Shown in pieces: positions 47,385 to 57,416 of a stretch of 64,000 nucleotides of DNA. Source of the stretch: a virus (taxonomy: Duplodnaviria > Caudoviricetes); IMG/VR virus record IMGVR_UViG_3300032038_000070, positions 3,399 through 67,398 of that record. One strand, written 5' to 3'. Under the pieces are notes generated by a model. The model saw only the letters and a list, made by a program, of their open reading frames with translations. It was not told the DNA's origin and did no database searches. Each line of letters starts with the position of its first letter. Within the stretch, counting starts at the first letter, position 1. The position numbers were made by a program, and so were the translations under genes.

Positions 47385-47787
47385 ATGAATTGTATTTACT
47401 GCAAAAGCAGTACAAGAGTGATCGACTCAAGAAACATTGATGGCACGATCATCAGATACAGAGAATGCACCGGCTGCGGAAGAGATTTCTACACGCAGGA
47501 GGTATCCGTAGATTATGACTACGGCAGAAAGCTGAAGAACAAGAAAATTCACGAGGTTAAGGAGGAACAGGATGAACATACTAGGTGAACGGATGAAGAC
47601 ACGAAAGCAGCAGCTCGAGCTGACATACAAGCAGCTTAGCAAGATGCTGTATTTGTCACCCGGAGCAATCCAATCATGGATGTTAGGGGAAACGCTTCCC
47701 CGGGTAGAGATGATACCGGAGATATGCAAAGCCCTTAAATGCACACCGAACTATCTTTTCGGATTTACGGAGGCGATAAATGGCTGA
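47385..47787 (+). CDS. NrdR-like zinc ribbon (47385..47588) and XRE HTH (47572..47787) pair
   Basis: Same pair as 15507..15992 in phage A. Confidence 0.72.
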
Positions 47788-48527
47788 CATGATCTACAGA
47801 AAAGATGCGATAAAGAAAATCGCAGAACATCTTGGCATACCTGCTGAGAACTGGATGAAAATTGCAGAAGAGTGGATGAAAGATGTGCCCTCAGCACAGC
47901 CAGAAATCATTAACTGCCGTGAATGTCAACATTGGAAACAGGGCGAACTAGTAGACAAATGTGGATTGTTGGACTGTTATGCAGATGCGGATTGCTATTG
48001 CGCTTGGGCAGTGCGAGAGAGGAGACAGGAATGAGAATAGGATGGCACACAGAAAATCCACCGGACGGTAAAGAAGATTATCTGGTTCAATATGAATCCG
48101 GCAACATGGACGTTGCACATTGGACTAACGCTAATCCATTTTGGACAGACCATACTACAGATTGGCATTGGGTGGGGACAGCACAATTTGCTAAGGTTGT
48201 TGCGTGGTATCCGTTGCCGGAACCATTTGAAGGGAGACAGGAATGATAGTAGTCAATGAACGGTGGGTAATCCTTGTAGACGAGTACAACTACATCGTAG
48301 CTCCGAATAAGCCGATTAAGGACAGCAAGACCGGAGCAGACAAGTACAAAGCCAAGGCATACTGCAGAAGCCTCTCAGACGCGCTAGAACGCGTTCTTGA
48401 GGAGGAGGTGAGGATTTCCCTAGCCGATGGCGAAAAGTCGCTTGGCGACGCTGTGAGCACGGTTAGAACCGTATGTGAGGAGATGCGGTCGACCTTCAAC
48501 AGGATTTTGGAGGACGATCTCAAGTGA
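47780..48527 (+). CDS. Three small hypothetical ORFs (47780..48034, 48031..48246, 48243..48527)
   Basis: ATGA-coupled; a repeated GAGACAGGAATGA junction precedes two of them. Confidence 0.6.
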
Positions 48528-49045
48528 GGGAGAGCGAGATGAAGATGGAACCGGTTGATTATATGTTCAGCATCAACGGAATCAGAACGGATATATCGAG
48601 GAAGTACATGGAGATCGAGGAGCTGCGCAGTACAGCAATCAGCACCGGAGCGAAGATCAGCGGAGAGAGAGTACAGTCGAGCGGAAACGGAGACAAGACG
48701 TCCGGGATCATTGCGAGGATAGTTGACGCAGAGAAGGAGCTCCGCGAGATGGAGGAGACGTACTGTTCTGTTCTCGCAGCGATGCAGGAGGTAATCAACG
48801 AGGTTGACGACGACGATCTGAGGCTCGTGCTCACTTTTCGGATGATAGGCAGGATGAGCGGCTCACGTTCTACGGAGGAGCTTCGCATCCGCACCGGGAG
48901 AATCATACAGGAGCGGCAGGAACGGAGAATGTACCGAGAGGGAAGGCGAGCACTGAACGATATGCGGTACAACGCAGCATTCCTGCACCTCAAGGAGATT
49001 CTGGACAAATACATCAAAAAGCACCGAAAAGTTGTCCTCACATGA
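48524..49045 (+). CDS. ArpU/RinA-like late activator
   Basis: G.RVQSSG..DK...II..IVD.E motif; precedes the late promoter. Confidence 0.75.
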   Translation: MRESEMKMEPVDYMFSINGIRTDISRKYMEIEELRSTAISTGAKISGERVQSSGNGDKTSGIIARIVDAEKELREMEETYCSVLAAMQEVINEVDDDDLRLVLTFRMIGRMSGSRSTEELRIRTGRIIQERQERRMYREGRRALNDMRYNAAFLHLKEILDKYIKKHRKVVLT

Positions 49046-49096
49046 CCGCCGATTACCGGCGATGACCGCGAATGTCCGAATCGAATATGTTATAGT
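49043..49096 (+). promoter_or_regulatory. Putative late promoter B
   Basis: 10-bp-period repeats TGACCGCCGA / TTACCGGCGA / TGACCGCGAA; extended -10 TG-T-TATAGT at 49088-49096. Confidence 0.55.
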
Positions 49097-49177
49097 GTAT
49101 CATCCGATGTTCCACCATTATAACCCCTTAAGCCCCGAGGTACTTTGTTGCCCCGGGGTGATTTGTTTGGAGAGACA

Positions 49178-50239
49178 ATGAGAGCTGTTTTCGACTTCGA
49201 CGACACGATCTGCTACCACAAGGACAGAGAGCGCAGCGTAGACGCAGCGAGACCTATTGAGCTGACGGTAGACAAGATGCGGAGGATGAAAGAAGACGGT
49301 TGGGAGATTGTTATCTACACGGCACGAGGCCAGAAGTCATGCGGAGGAGATTTGGCGAAGATAGAAGCCAAGTACCGCAGCGTGATAGAGGACTGGCTCG
49401 CCCGGTACAAAGTACCTTGCGACGAGCTTTTGTTCGGGAAGCCTCTCGGAGACATTTACGTGGACGACAAAGGGGTAGGACTTGACAAGTTCGGGAGCAT
49501 GACAATGAAGCTCCTCAAAGGGAACAGCGGTAGCTCGGTTTACAGATGCGGAGAGCACGTACTGAAAACCTGTCCAAACGCGTACGAGCAGGCATCTTGG
49601 TACGAACAAGCAGAAACCCTCGGTGTGAATGTTCCGTATGTTTATTCTGTCGTTTTACATACGCTTGATATGTCTTGGATACGAGGACACAGCGCGTCGG
49701 ACGAGTTCAGCGCAGAGGACGCGATAAGGGTGCTCGGAATCGTGAAGAAGTTTTCCGCAATCAAAGCACCGAAGTTCAACGTCGAGGCGCTGATAGCAAG
49801 AGCACAGGAGCATCTTGGCGACAGGATAGAGAAGTTCGACGGCCTGTTCCAGTATCTCAGAGACAACATGGAGACATACGAAGTGTGTTCCTCGTTCTGC
49901 CACGGAGACCTGTCTCTGTCGAACATCATCATCGACAACAGAAAATCATACCTCATCGACCCGATAGTGAGACCGGAGTATTCGAGCTATCTGATGGACT
50001 TGGCGAAGCTGAAGTTCAGTGTGGAAGGCGGCGAAGAGTTCCTGCACAGGAAGACCGCCAGATACGAAGAGGCTGCACAGGTACTTAACCGGGAGTTGGA
50101 AGAGGAAGGCATCAAGAGAGACGTAGAAGCGCTACAGGCGATCTACTGGATACGGCTGCTGAAGTACACGGAGCCGGGGAGACAGGGAGAGGTCATCACG
50201 AAAGCAGCGCAGCTACAGCACAGGGTAGCATGGTTATAG
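49178..50239 (+). CDS. HAD phosphatase fused to an APH/choline-kinase-like phosphotransferase
   Basis: DFDDT, IYTARG, GKP.GDIYVDDK (HAD); FCHGDLSLSNII, LIDP, DLAKL (kinase). Confidence 0.82.
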   Translation: MRAVFDFDDTICYHKDRERSVDAARPIELTVDKMRRMKEDGWEIVIYTARGQKSCGGDLAKIEAKYRSVIEDWLARYKVPCDELLFGKPLGDIYVDDKGVGLDKFGSMTMKLLKGNSGSSVYRCGEHVLKTCPNAYEQASWYEQAETLGVNVPYVYSVVLHTLDMSWIRGHSASDEFSAEDAIRVLGIVKKFSAIKAPKFNVEALIARAQEHLGDRIEKFDGLFQYLRDNMETYEVCSSFCHGDLSLSNIIIDNRKSYLIDPIVRPEYSSYLMDLAKLKFSVEGGEEFLHRKTARYEEAAQVLNRELEEEGIKRDVEALQAIYWIRLLKYTEPGRQGEVITKAAQLQHRVAWL

Positions 50240-50673
50240 GATTTACATCGGTCGTAGGCGATCTATTACACGCAGGCCACGCACTCATGTTGGATGAGTG
50301 CAAGCGGCACTGCGATTTTTTATACGTTGGGCTTATCGGAGACCCGACGAAGGACAGACCGGAGAAGCACAAGCCGGTACAGTCAGTGTTCGAGAGGTAC
50401 TGCCAGTTGGTTTCGCACCGGGCAGTGGACGAGGTGGTTCCCCTTGAGGGAGAAGCAGACCTCGACCTCGCACTGCGGTCACTTCCCATCGACATACGGT
50501 TCGTAGGGGAAGATTACAAGGGGAAGGATTTCACCGGGCTGAGAACGTGCCAAGAGCTCGGCATAGAAATCTATTACAACAAGAGGGCTCACGGGCTTAG
50601 CTCGTCGGAGCTCAGAGAGAGGGTGGAACATGGAGCCGTTTGTAGTAGCGATACCGTCGTATCACAGAGCTGA
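50230..50673 (+). CDS. Cytidylyltransferase (TagD/glycerol-3-phosphate CT-like)
   Basis: DLLHAGH (HxGH), RFVGEDYKG, LSSS.LR. Confidence 0.88.
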   Translation: MVIGFTSVVGDLLHAGHALMLDECKRHCDFLYVGLIGDPTKDRPEKHKPVQSVFERYCQLVSHRAVDEVVPLEGEADLDLALRSLPIDIRFVGEDYKGKDFTGLRTCQELGIEIYYNKRAHGLSSSELRERVEHGAVCSSDTVVSQS

Positions 50674-51352
50674 CAGGCAGGATACACTCCAGTACCTCCG
50701 TGAAGTCGGTTTTTCTGTCCAACGTGTGTTCCTGGTCGTTCAGACGGAGGAAGACTGGGCTGCATACCAGAAGTACAAGGAATGGGCTACAACTGTGTAT
50801 ATTTCGGCATCCGGGATAGCACAGGCCAGAAACAACATCCTCGATTACCTCAGCGGCAGGCCGATACTCATGATGGACGACGACATCTCCCAGATCAGCA
50901 GGCTGACGGAGAACGGCCTCGAGAGGGTGGATGACTTCGAGGAGACGTTCCAAAAGCTCTTCGACCGGGGAAGCACGTTGTTCGGCATCTACCCGGTACA
51001 CAACGACTTCTTCATGAGCAGGACGGTCAGCACGAAGGTCACGGTGAATACCGTGCTCGGATTCCCGGCAGACAACAAGCTGAGATTCGACAGCAGCCTG
51101 CTCGCCAAAGAAGACATAGACCTCTGTGCGAGGATCCTCGACAGAGGAGGCAACGTCATTCGGTACAATTACCTAGCACCGAAGGCAAAACACCGGACGA
51201 ACAGCGGTGGATGCCACGACACTTGGAAAACAAAAGCGAATGAAGCTGCAGCAAGGCGGCTCGCGATGACATACCCGAAGGTGATTGCCAGACATCCGAG
51301 CAAGCCAGACGAAGTGAGGGTGATTATTAAGGACAGGAAGGTGAAAGCATGA
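50630..51352 (+). CDS. GT-A fold GREB1/TAGT-like glycosyltransferase
   Basis: VAIPSY.RA, ILMMDDDI, KED.DLC.R, GGC motifs. Confidence 0.75.
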   Translation: MEPFVVAIPSYHRADRQDTLQYLREVGFSVQRVFLVVQTEEDWAAYQKYKEWATTVYISASGIAQARNNILDYLSGRPILMMDDDISQISRLTENGLERVDDFEETFQKLFDRGSTLFGIYPVHNDFFMSRTVSTKVTVNTVLGFPADNKLRFDSSLLAKEDIDLCARILDRGGNVIRYNYLAPKAKHRTNSGGCHDTWKTKANEAAARRLAMTYPKVIARHPSKPDEVRVIIKDRKVKA

Positions 51353-51942
51353 ACACGGAGATCATGAAGCTCGAGGACATCAACCCTGCGCCGTACAATC
51401 CCAGAGTACCGATGAAGGATGGGGACACACAGTACGAAGCACTGAAGAAGTCCATCGGAAGATTCGGACTGGTAGAGCCGCTTGTGGTAAACAAGGCGAC
51501 CGGAACACTGGTCGGAGGACATCAGCGGCTATCAGCACTGAAGGCAAGCGGAGCAACGGAGGCAGAAGTCGTAATCGTAGACTTGCCGCTCGAGAAGGAG
51601 AAGCTCCTCAACATCGCGCTGAACAAGGTGGAAGGAATCTGGGACTTCGAGAAGCTTGACGATCTGTTCCGAGAGCTTGACCCGGAAGACATTCCCTTCA
51701 CAGGTTTCTCAATGGACGAGATCGGGAACCTGTACGACGATGAGCCGCTCGACATCGAGTACGAGGAGCAGGACATCAGCTTCGGTGATGATGCAGAAGA
51801 GAAGTTCACCGTCTACCTTTCCTTCCCGACAAAGGAAGATGCAGAAGAGTGGATGGCCGACAGAGGGATAGAGGGAGAGTTCTCCAACAAGCGAGCACTC
51901 ACCGTAACGATGAAGGGGTCGAGATATGGTACAGAACATTGA
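51349..51942 (+). CDS. ParB/Srx N-terminal domain protein 1
   Basis: PAPYNPR, FGLVEPLVVN, VGGHQRL, LNIALNK. Confidence 0.88.
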   Translation: MNTEIMKLEDINPAPYNPRVPMKDGDTQYEALKKSIGRFGLVEPLVVNKATGTLVGGHQRLSALKASGATEAEVVIVDLPLEKEKLLNIALNKVEGIWDFEKLDDLFRELDPEDIPFTGFSMDEIGNLYDDEPLDIEYEEQDISFGDDAEEKFTVYLSFPTKEDAEEWMADRGIEGEFSNKRALTVTMKGSRYGTEH

Positions 51943-52498
51943 GATAGGCAGGCTGCACGAAGCAGCATACAATCCGAGGATTGAGCTTGAGCCGGGGATG
52001 CCAGAGTACACAAAGCTCCAGAGAGGCATCGAGGAGTTTGGATTGGTAGAGCCGGTGGTGTGGAACGAGGAAACCGGGAACGTAGTTGGAGGACATCAGC
52101 GGCTGCGTGTGCTGAGAGACCTTGGATGGACAGAAGTGCCGTGTGAGGTTGTGCACCTCAGCCTCGAGGACGAGAAGGTGCTCAACATTGCCCTCAACAA
52201 GATTAAAGGCGAGTGGGACTACGAGAAGCTCGACGAGATTCTGAACGGCTATGAAGTCGACGAGGCGACGCTCAGCGGCTTCACGGCAGACGAGCTCGCA
52301 CTGTCTTTGGCGAAGGTAGATGACATCGAGGATGACCTCCCGGAGTTTGAACCGGCAGGCGACGACGAGCTGTTAGGCTCGTATGTCATTCAGCTTCAGT
52401 TCGCGAGCAACGATCTTGCCAGAGATTGGGCAGAGAGGGAAGGCTTCCCGGGACAAATTAAGCCCGGAAGCAGCACGACAGTCATCCGAATGGACTAG
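51926..52498 (+). CDS. ParB/Srx N-terminal domain protein 2
   Basis: AAYNPR, FGLVEPVVWN, VGGHQRL, LNIALNK. Confidence 0.88.
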   Translation: MVQNIEIGRLHEAAYNPRIELEPGMPEYTKLQRGIEEFGLVEPVVWNEETGNVVGGHQRLRVLRDLGWTEVPCEVVHLSLEDEKVLNIALNKIKGEWDYEKLDEILNGYEVDEATLSGFTADELALSLAKVDDIEDDLPEFEPAGDDELLGSYVIQLQFASNDLARDWAEREGFPGQIKPGSSTTVIRMD

Positions 52499-52501
52499 GA
52501 A

Positions 52502-52703
52502 ACAATTTCCTACAATTTCCGATTACCACTAACTACGATTCAATTTTGTGCGATTTAGTTTTGTGCGTTTTCCCTGTAAATAAAGGATTTTGTTCCCAGT
52601 GATTTCTTAGGGGAAACGACCATCGAGGTCATGAAAATCCGAGAATGTCCAAAACTGTCCATTTTCGGTCAGCGCAGAATAGTTGCACAATTTACGACAA
52701 TTT
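52502..52703. repeat. Third copy of the ~200 bp non-coding element
   Basis: ACAATTTCCTACAATTTC (same as 36059), TGCGTTTTCCCTGTAA (same as 36121), TGTCCAAAACTGTCC (same as 36426), TCAGCGCAGAAT (same as 36227). Confidence 0.85.
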
Positions 52704-53975
52704 ATGGAACTAAAAAAGAATTATTGCTCCCCGAGATGGACGATGGAGATACCAGACTGCTCCATGCCAATGACTTTTGACACCTACAGCAAGTGCGCGT
52801 ACAACTGCCAGTACTGTTTCAGCTACTTCCAGAAGAGTCATTCGATGACCGGGTATCTCGACGGCATGGTACGTTGTGTAGACCCGGAGAAGGTTAAGTC
52901 GCTCTTCACCAAGGCGCTCTCCAACGACGTAGAACACGCGAGCAAGAGCGAGCTGCAGTTCTTTCCCTACATCCAGAGCAGACGCATCATGCAATGGGGA
53001 GGACTGGCAGATGAGTTTGACGAGTATGAGCGCAGAGCAGGCATCACACTGGAGCTGTTGCAGTTCTTCGACAGCATCGACTATCCGCTGAGCTTCAGCA
53101 CGAAAGCAGCATGGTGGACGAAGGACGACAGGTACATGAGCCTGTTCAGAAAACACGCACACAACTGGCACGTAAAAATCTCCATAATCTGTCTTGATCC
53201 TGTCAAGGCGAAGGTGGTAGAGAAGGGCGTACCGTCTCCACAGGAGCGGCTGAGTGCTCTCCGAAGGCTCGCAGATATCGGGATTCATTGCACACTCAGA
53301 TTGAGACCGTTCATCATCGGAGTTTCCAATGACTGGAAGGAGCTTATAAACGAGGCGAAGAAGGCCGGTTGCGACAGCGTGACGACAGAGTTCTTCTGTA
53401 TGGAGAGCAGAGCGTCCGAAGATCTGAAGTCCAGATACGCAGAGATGAGCAAGGTCGCCGGGTACGACATCCACAAGTTCTACATGGCGAACAGTAAGCA
53501 GCAAGGATACAAGCGGCTTAACCGGTCGCTGAAGGCTCCAATCATCAAGGAGATGCGAGAGCACACACACTCGCTCGGGATGCGATTCCATGTTTCAGAC
53601 GCGTTCTGCCGGGAGTGCAACGACGCGATGAACTGCTGTGGAGTTCCCCCGGAATGGAACGTCAGCAGCGCAGGCCACATCGGAAACGCGATACTGATTG
53701 CCAGAGAAAAAGGCGAAGTGCGATTCAGTGACATCGCACCGGATATTGAGAAGTTCTTCGGGAGCTTTAGATGGGCAGACGCAATTGGATACAACACCGG
53801 GAGCAACAGAGCTCGTGCTCTGAACTACGCTACCACGATGGCAGAGTTCATCCGTAACAACTGGAACAACGTCAAAGGCGGCGACAGTCCTGCAAGGATG
53901 TACGGAGGAATATTACAGCCGGTAGGCCGAGACGAGAACGGTGATGTCATCTACAAGTACATGGGTAAAGCATGA
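52683..53975 (+). CDS. Radical SAM enzyme (SplB/spore-photoproduct-lyase-like); start may be ATG 52704
   Basis: DTYSKCAYNCQYCF (CX3CX2C), FSTK, LRLRPFIIG; stop overlaps the terS start. Confidence 0.85.
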   Translation: MHNLRQFMELKKNYCSPRWTMEIPDCSMPMTFDTYSKCAYNCQYCFSYFQKSHSMTGYLDGMVRCVDPEKVKSLFTKALSNDVEHASKSELQFFPYIQSRRIMQWGGLADEFDEYERRAGITLELLQFFDSIDYPLSFSTKAAWWTKDDRYMSLFRKHAHNWHVKISIICLDPVKAKVVEKGVPSPQERLSALRRLADIGIHCTLRLRPFIIGVSNDWKELINEAKKAGCDSVTTEFFCMESRASEDLKSRYAEMSKVAGYDIHKFYMANSKQQGYKRLNRSLKAPIIKEMREHTHSLGMRFHVSDAFCRECNDAMNCCGVPPEWNVSSAGHIGNAILIAREKGEVRFSDIAPDIEKFFGSFRWADAIGYNTGSNRARALNYATTMAEFIRNNWNNVKGGDSPARMYGGILQPVGRDENGDVIYKYMGKA

Positions 53976-54445
53976 ATTCATGGGATAGACAGCCGAAGGA
54001 GACCGCATACGCATACGAGGCTTTTACAGCGTACCTCGACCTACGGTCAAACATCAAGGTAGCGGAGCGGCTCGGACGGTCTAAGGATTCGGTCAACAAA
54101 CACTCACAGCGTTACAACTGGCCTCAGCGATTGCGAGACTATGATGCGTACATGAGGCGCGTAGCGGACGAATCGAAGAAAAAAGAGATCGAAGAGATGA
54201 ACCGGAGGCAGGTGCAACAGGGAATGCTGATGCAGAAGGTTGCAACAGACCGGTTGCAGGAGATTGTCAAGTCGGACGAATCTATTTCGGTCAAACTGCT
54301 CGTATCCATGATTATGAGGGGAGCAGAGATGGAACGGAGAGCACGTCTATACGGAGTTGCAGACGAGGCCGAGGAGAACGGTGGCAAGAGCACAAACGGA
54401 GTGCTCGAGTCGATACTGGAGATGGAACGCGATGGAATGGAGTGA
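53972..54445 (+). CDS. terS: Terminase small subunit B
   Basis: WDRQP.ET..AYEAF..Y, S.RYNW..R...YD; directly before terL; not evidently homologous to terS of phage A. Confidence 0.75.
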   Translation: MNSWDRQPKETAYAYEAFTAYLDLRSNIKVAERLGRSKDSVNKHSQRYNWPQRLRDYDAYMRRVADESKKKEIEEMNRRQVQQGMLMQKVATDRLQEIVKSDESISVKLLVSMIMRGAEMERRARLYGVADEAEENGGKSTNGVLESILEMERDGME

Positions 54446-55715
54446 AAAACAGCGGAAGACAATCATGGCTCCGTTCACACACACCATCGACTGGTTGGAA
54501 GGAACACCGCGATCTGGCAAGACGACAGCAGGCATAGCGAGATTCACACGGCACCTCATCAAGAGCCGGGACACGAATCACCTAGTCGTCGCATACAGCG
54601 CAGAACAGGCATACAGACTGATTATCGACGGAGATGGATACGGCCTCCTGCATAACTTTGCAGGAGTAGTGAGACCGTCGCACGATGATGAGGGAGCACA
54701 CCTTGTTATAACCCTCCCGGAGAGCCGGTACGGAAGCGACAACATCCGCAAGGTGTACTGGAAGGGAGGCGGCAAGGCAGATAACCACAAGGCTATCACC
54801 GGTATGTCCCTCGGAAGCGTTTACTTCTGCGAGATAAACCTCCTGCACATGACCATGATACAGGAGTGCTTGCGAAGAACATACGCAGCAAAAGACCGGT
54901 GGCACATCGCCGACTGCAATCCCCCAAGTCCACAAGACCCGGTGCTCAAGGAAGTGCTCGAGATACAGGACTGCAGCTTCACGCACTGGACTTGCGCAGA
55001 CAATCCGATACTTACCCCGGAGAGACTTGACGAGATCAAGACAGCCTGCTCGAAAAGCCCCTTCCTTTGGAAGCGAGACTGGCTCGGAGAGAGGACGATA
55101 CCACAGGGTGTCATCTACTGGATGTTCAACGTGGACAAGCACATCCTCAAGGACATCCCGAAGCAGGTCGCGAAGATAGAGATGTACTTCGCAGGAGACG
55201 GTGGAGCAACGGACGCAACGAGCATCGGATGTTACGTCGTAGGAATGCTACAGGACAGGCAGTACGCCCTGTACCGCGTAGGGAACTGGTACTACGACGG
55301 AGGCCAGATGGCGATGAGCGATCAAGCCCGGCACATCGTCGGGGAGTTCATGCCGGCTATGCGGCAGAAAACCGGGATGCGCGAGAGCGGCATCATGATA
55401 GACCCGGCCTGCAAGGCACTGAGACTCGAGATAGACAAGCTCGGCTGCGTTACGACGAAGGCAGATAACAACGGGCATGACATCAAGGGGAGCAGCAAGG
55501 GCATCAAGGTCGGAATTGAGGAGCTACAGAGCGGCATCACAGACGGACGGTTCTACATGGTCGACGATCCGCTTTACGGAGTAGAAGCAGCAATCAAGGA
55601 GATAGGCCTGTACTGCGTAGACGACAACGGAAACCCGGTCGACGCGTACAACCATGCCTGTGATGAGATGAGATACGGGCATAACTATTTCGCCAAGAAC
55701 TACGGGTACTGGTAA
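54432..55715 (+). CDS. terL: Terminase large subunit B
   Basis: Close homologue of 17195..18490. Confidence 0.93.
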   Translation: MEWSEKQRKTIMAPFTHTIDWLEGTPRSGKTTAGIARFTRHLIKSRDTNHLVVAYSAEQAYRLIIDGDGYGLLHNFAGVVRPSHDDEGAHLVITLPESRYGSDNIRKVYWKGGGKADNHKAITGMSLGSVYFCEINLLHMTMIQECLRRTYAAKDRWHIADCNPPSPQDPVLKEVLEIQDCSFTHWTCADNPILTPERLDEIKTACSKSPFLWKRDWLGERTIPQGVIYWMFNVDKHILKDIPKQVAKIEMYFAGDGGATDATSIGCYVVGMLQDRQYALYRVGNWYYDGGQMAMSDQARHIVGEFMPAMRQKTGMRESGIMIDPACKALRLEIDKLGCVTTKADNNGHDIKGSSKGIKVGIEELQSGITDGRFYMVDDPLYGVEAAIKEIGLYCVDDNGNPVDAYNHACDEMRYGHNYFAKNYGYW

Positions 55716-57328
55716 TGGCTATTTTTGAGAGGATAAGAAAAATCATGCAGGATACGTTGCAGAGGATTGGCACAGCGTCGGGTGTATCGAAAGAGTTCAA
55801 GGACATCTTCGAGATTACAGGAGTACCGGCATACAGGGAGTTCTACAACATCAGCATTCTTCCATGGAAGTACCTGTACAAAGGCTTCTACAAGCCGTGG
55901 CACTTCATCCCGGCACCTACGATTGCAGACCCGAACAATCACAGGAACATGGCCTACCTCAGCCTCGCCAAGGCCGTCTGCGCAGAGATCGCAGGAATGG
56001 TCTGGACAGACCAGTGCGAAGTGGATGTCTCGATGGAGGGAAATCAGAGCGAGGAAGACCCTCTGGACGAGTTCGTGAACATGGTGCTGAAGAAGAACAA
56101 CTTCAACACAGCGATGATCGAGGCAATCGAGAAGGCAGCAGCCCTCGGAGGCGAAGCACTCAAGGTCTGGTACGAGGTACGCAGAGATGCGGAAGGAAAC
56201 GAGGTACCCGACAGCGGCAGGATTCGCATCGGCTTCGCAATGGCAGACCAGTTTGTGCCGGTCTCTTGGGATAACGCAGGAGTGAACGAGGGTATCTTCG
56301 TTACGAGGACAGCGCGAGGAGGATACTACTACACGCTTCTGGAATATCAGCTCTGGGACGGACTTACCTACGTCATCCGCAACGAGCTGTACCGGGCAGA
56401 CAAAGCACAGGCATCCGGAGAAGCGCAGGACATCCTCGGGTACAGGTATCCGCTTGACGCACTTTACCCGCACCTCGACGAGGAGACCCGGATAGAGACG
56501 GAGTACAGCCTGTTCAGCTACTTCCGAACACCGGTCGCCAACAACGTAGACGACAACAGCCCTCTCGGAGTTAGCATCTACGGAAATGCTCTTGAGACGC
56601 TTCACGCGATCGACATTTGCTTCGACAGCTTCGTCCGGGAGTTTAGGCTCGGCAAGAAGAGAATCATCGTACCGGCCAGAATGATCCGCAACGTCACAGA
56701 CCCGGTCTCCGGGAAGCAGGTACGTTACTTCGACGCAACGGACGAGACGTACGAAGCACTGAGCACGGATGACCCGGACAGCTTGAAGATACAGGACAAC
56801 AGCGTCGAGCTGCGTGTAGAAGAGCACGTCGCAGCGATGAACGCTTTCCTCAACATCTTCTGCCTTCAGACTGGACTGAGCGCAGGAACATTTTCATTCG
56901 ATGCTCACGACGGGCTGAAGACCGCAACGGAAGTCGTCAGCGAGAACAGCAAGACGTACAAGACCGTCAAAAATTTCCAAGGCCAGATTACGCCGGCAAT
57001 CGAGCACATCGTACACGCGATCATCACAGTGGCTTCCCTGTACGACATGAAGTACGAAGGACGAAGTGTAGCAGAGCTTGCGGCAGGCGGCTACGATGTC
57101 ACCGTGACGCTCGACGACGGAATCACGCAGGACAGGCAGACGAACATCAACGAGGGCATCACGCTCGTAGGAGCAGGCCTCATGAGCAAGTACAAATTCC
57201 TCACAGACCCGAAGTACGGCCAGAACCTCACCGATGAGGATGCTAAGGCCGAGTTACAGAGGATAGCGCAGGAGAGTACAGTCACGATGCCGCAGCTAGA
57301 CGTGCAGGATTTCAATGGCATTGAATAA
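55715..57328 (+). CDS. Portal protein B
   Basis: Homologue of 18487..20100. Confidence 0.92.
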   Translation: MAIFERIRKIMQDTLQRIGTASGVSKEFKDIFEITGVPAYREFYNISILPWKYLYKGFYKPWHFIPAPTIADPNNHRNMAYLSLAKAVCAEIAGMVWTDQCEVDVSMEGNQSEEDPLDEFVNMVLKKNNFNTAMIEAIEKAAALGGEALKVWYEVRRDAEGNEVPDSGRIRIGFAMADQFVPVSWDNAGVNEGIFVTRTARGGYYYTLLEYQLWDGLTYVIRNELYRADKAQASGEAQDILGYRYPLDALYPHLDEETRIETEYSLFSYFRTPVANNVDDNSPLGVSIYGNALETLHAIDICFDSFVREFRLGKKRIIVPARMIRNVTDPVSGKQVRYFDATDETYEALSTDDPDSLKIQDNSVELRVEEHVAAMNAFLNIFCLQTGLSAGTFSFDAHDGLKTATEVVSENSKTYKTVKNFQGQITPAIEHIVHAIITVASLYDMKYEGRSVAELAAGGYDVTVTLDDGITQDRQTNINEGITLVGAGLMSKYKFLTDPKYGQNLTDEDAKAELQRIAQESTVTMPQLDVQDFNGIE

Positions 57329-57416
57329 CCGCCATTTTTGGGATTCCTTCCTTAAGACCTCCTAGCGGAAAGCTGATTAAAGGCGCGTCACAAGCGCCGG
57401 GAGGTTTTCTACAGAC

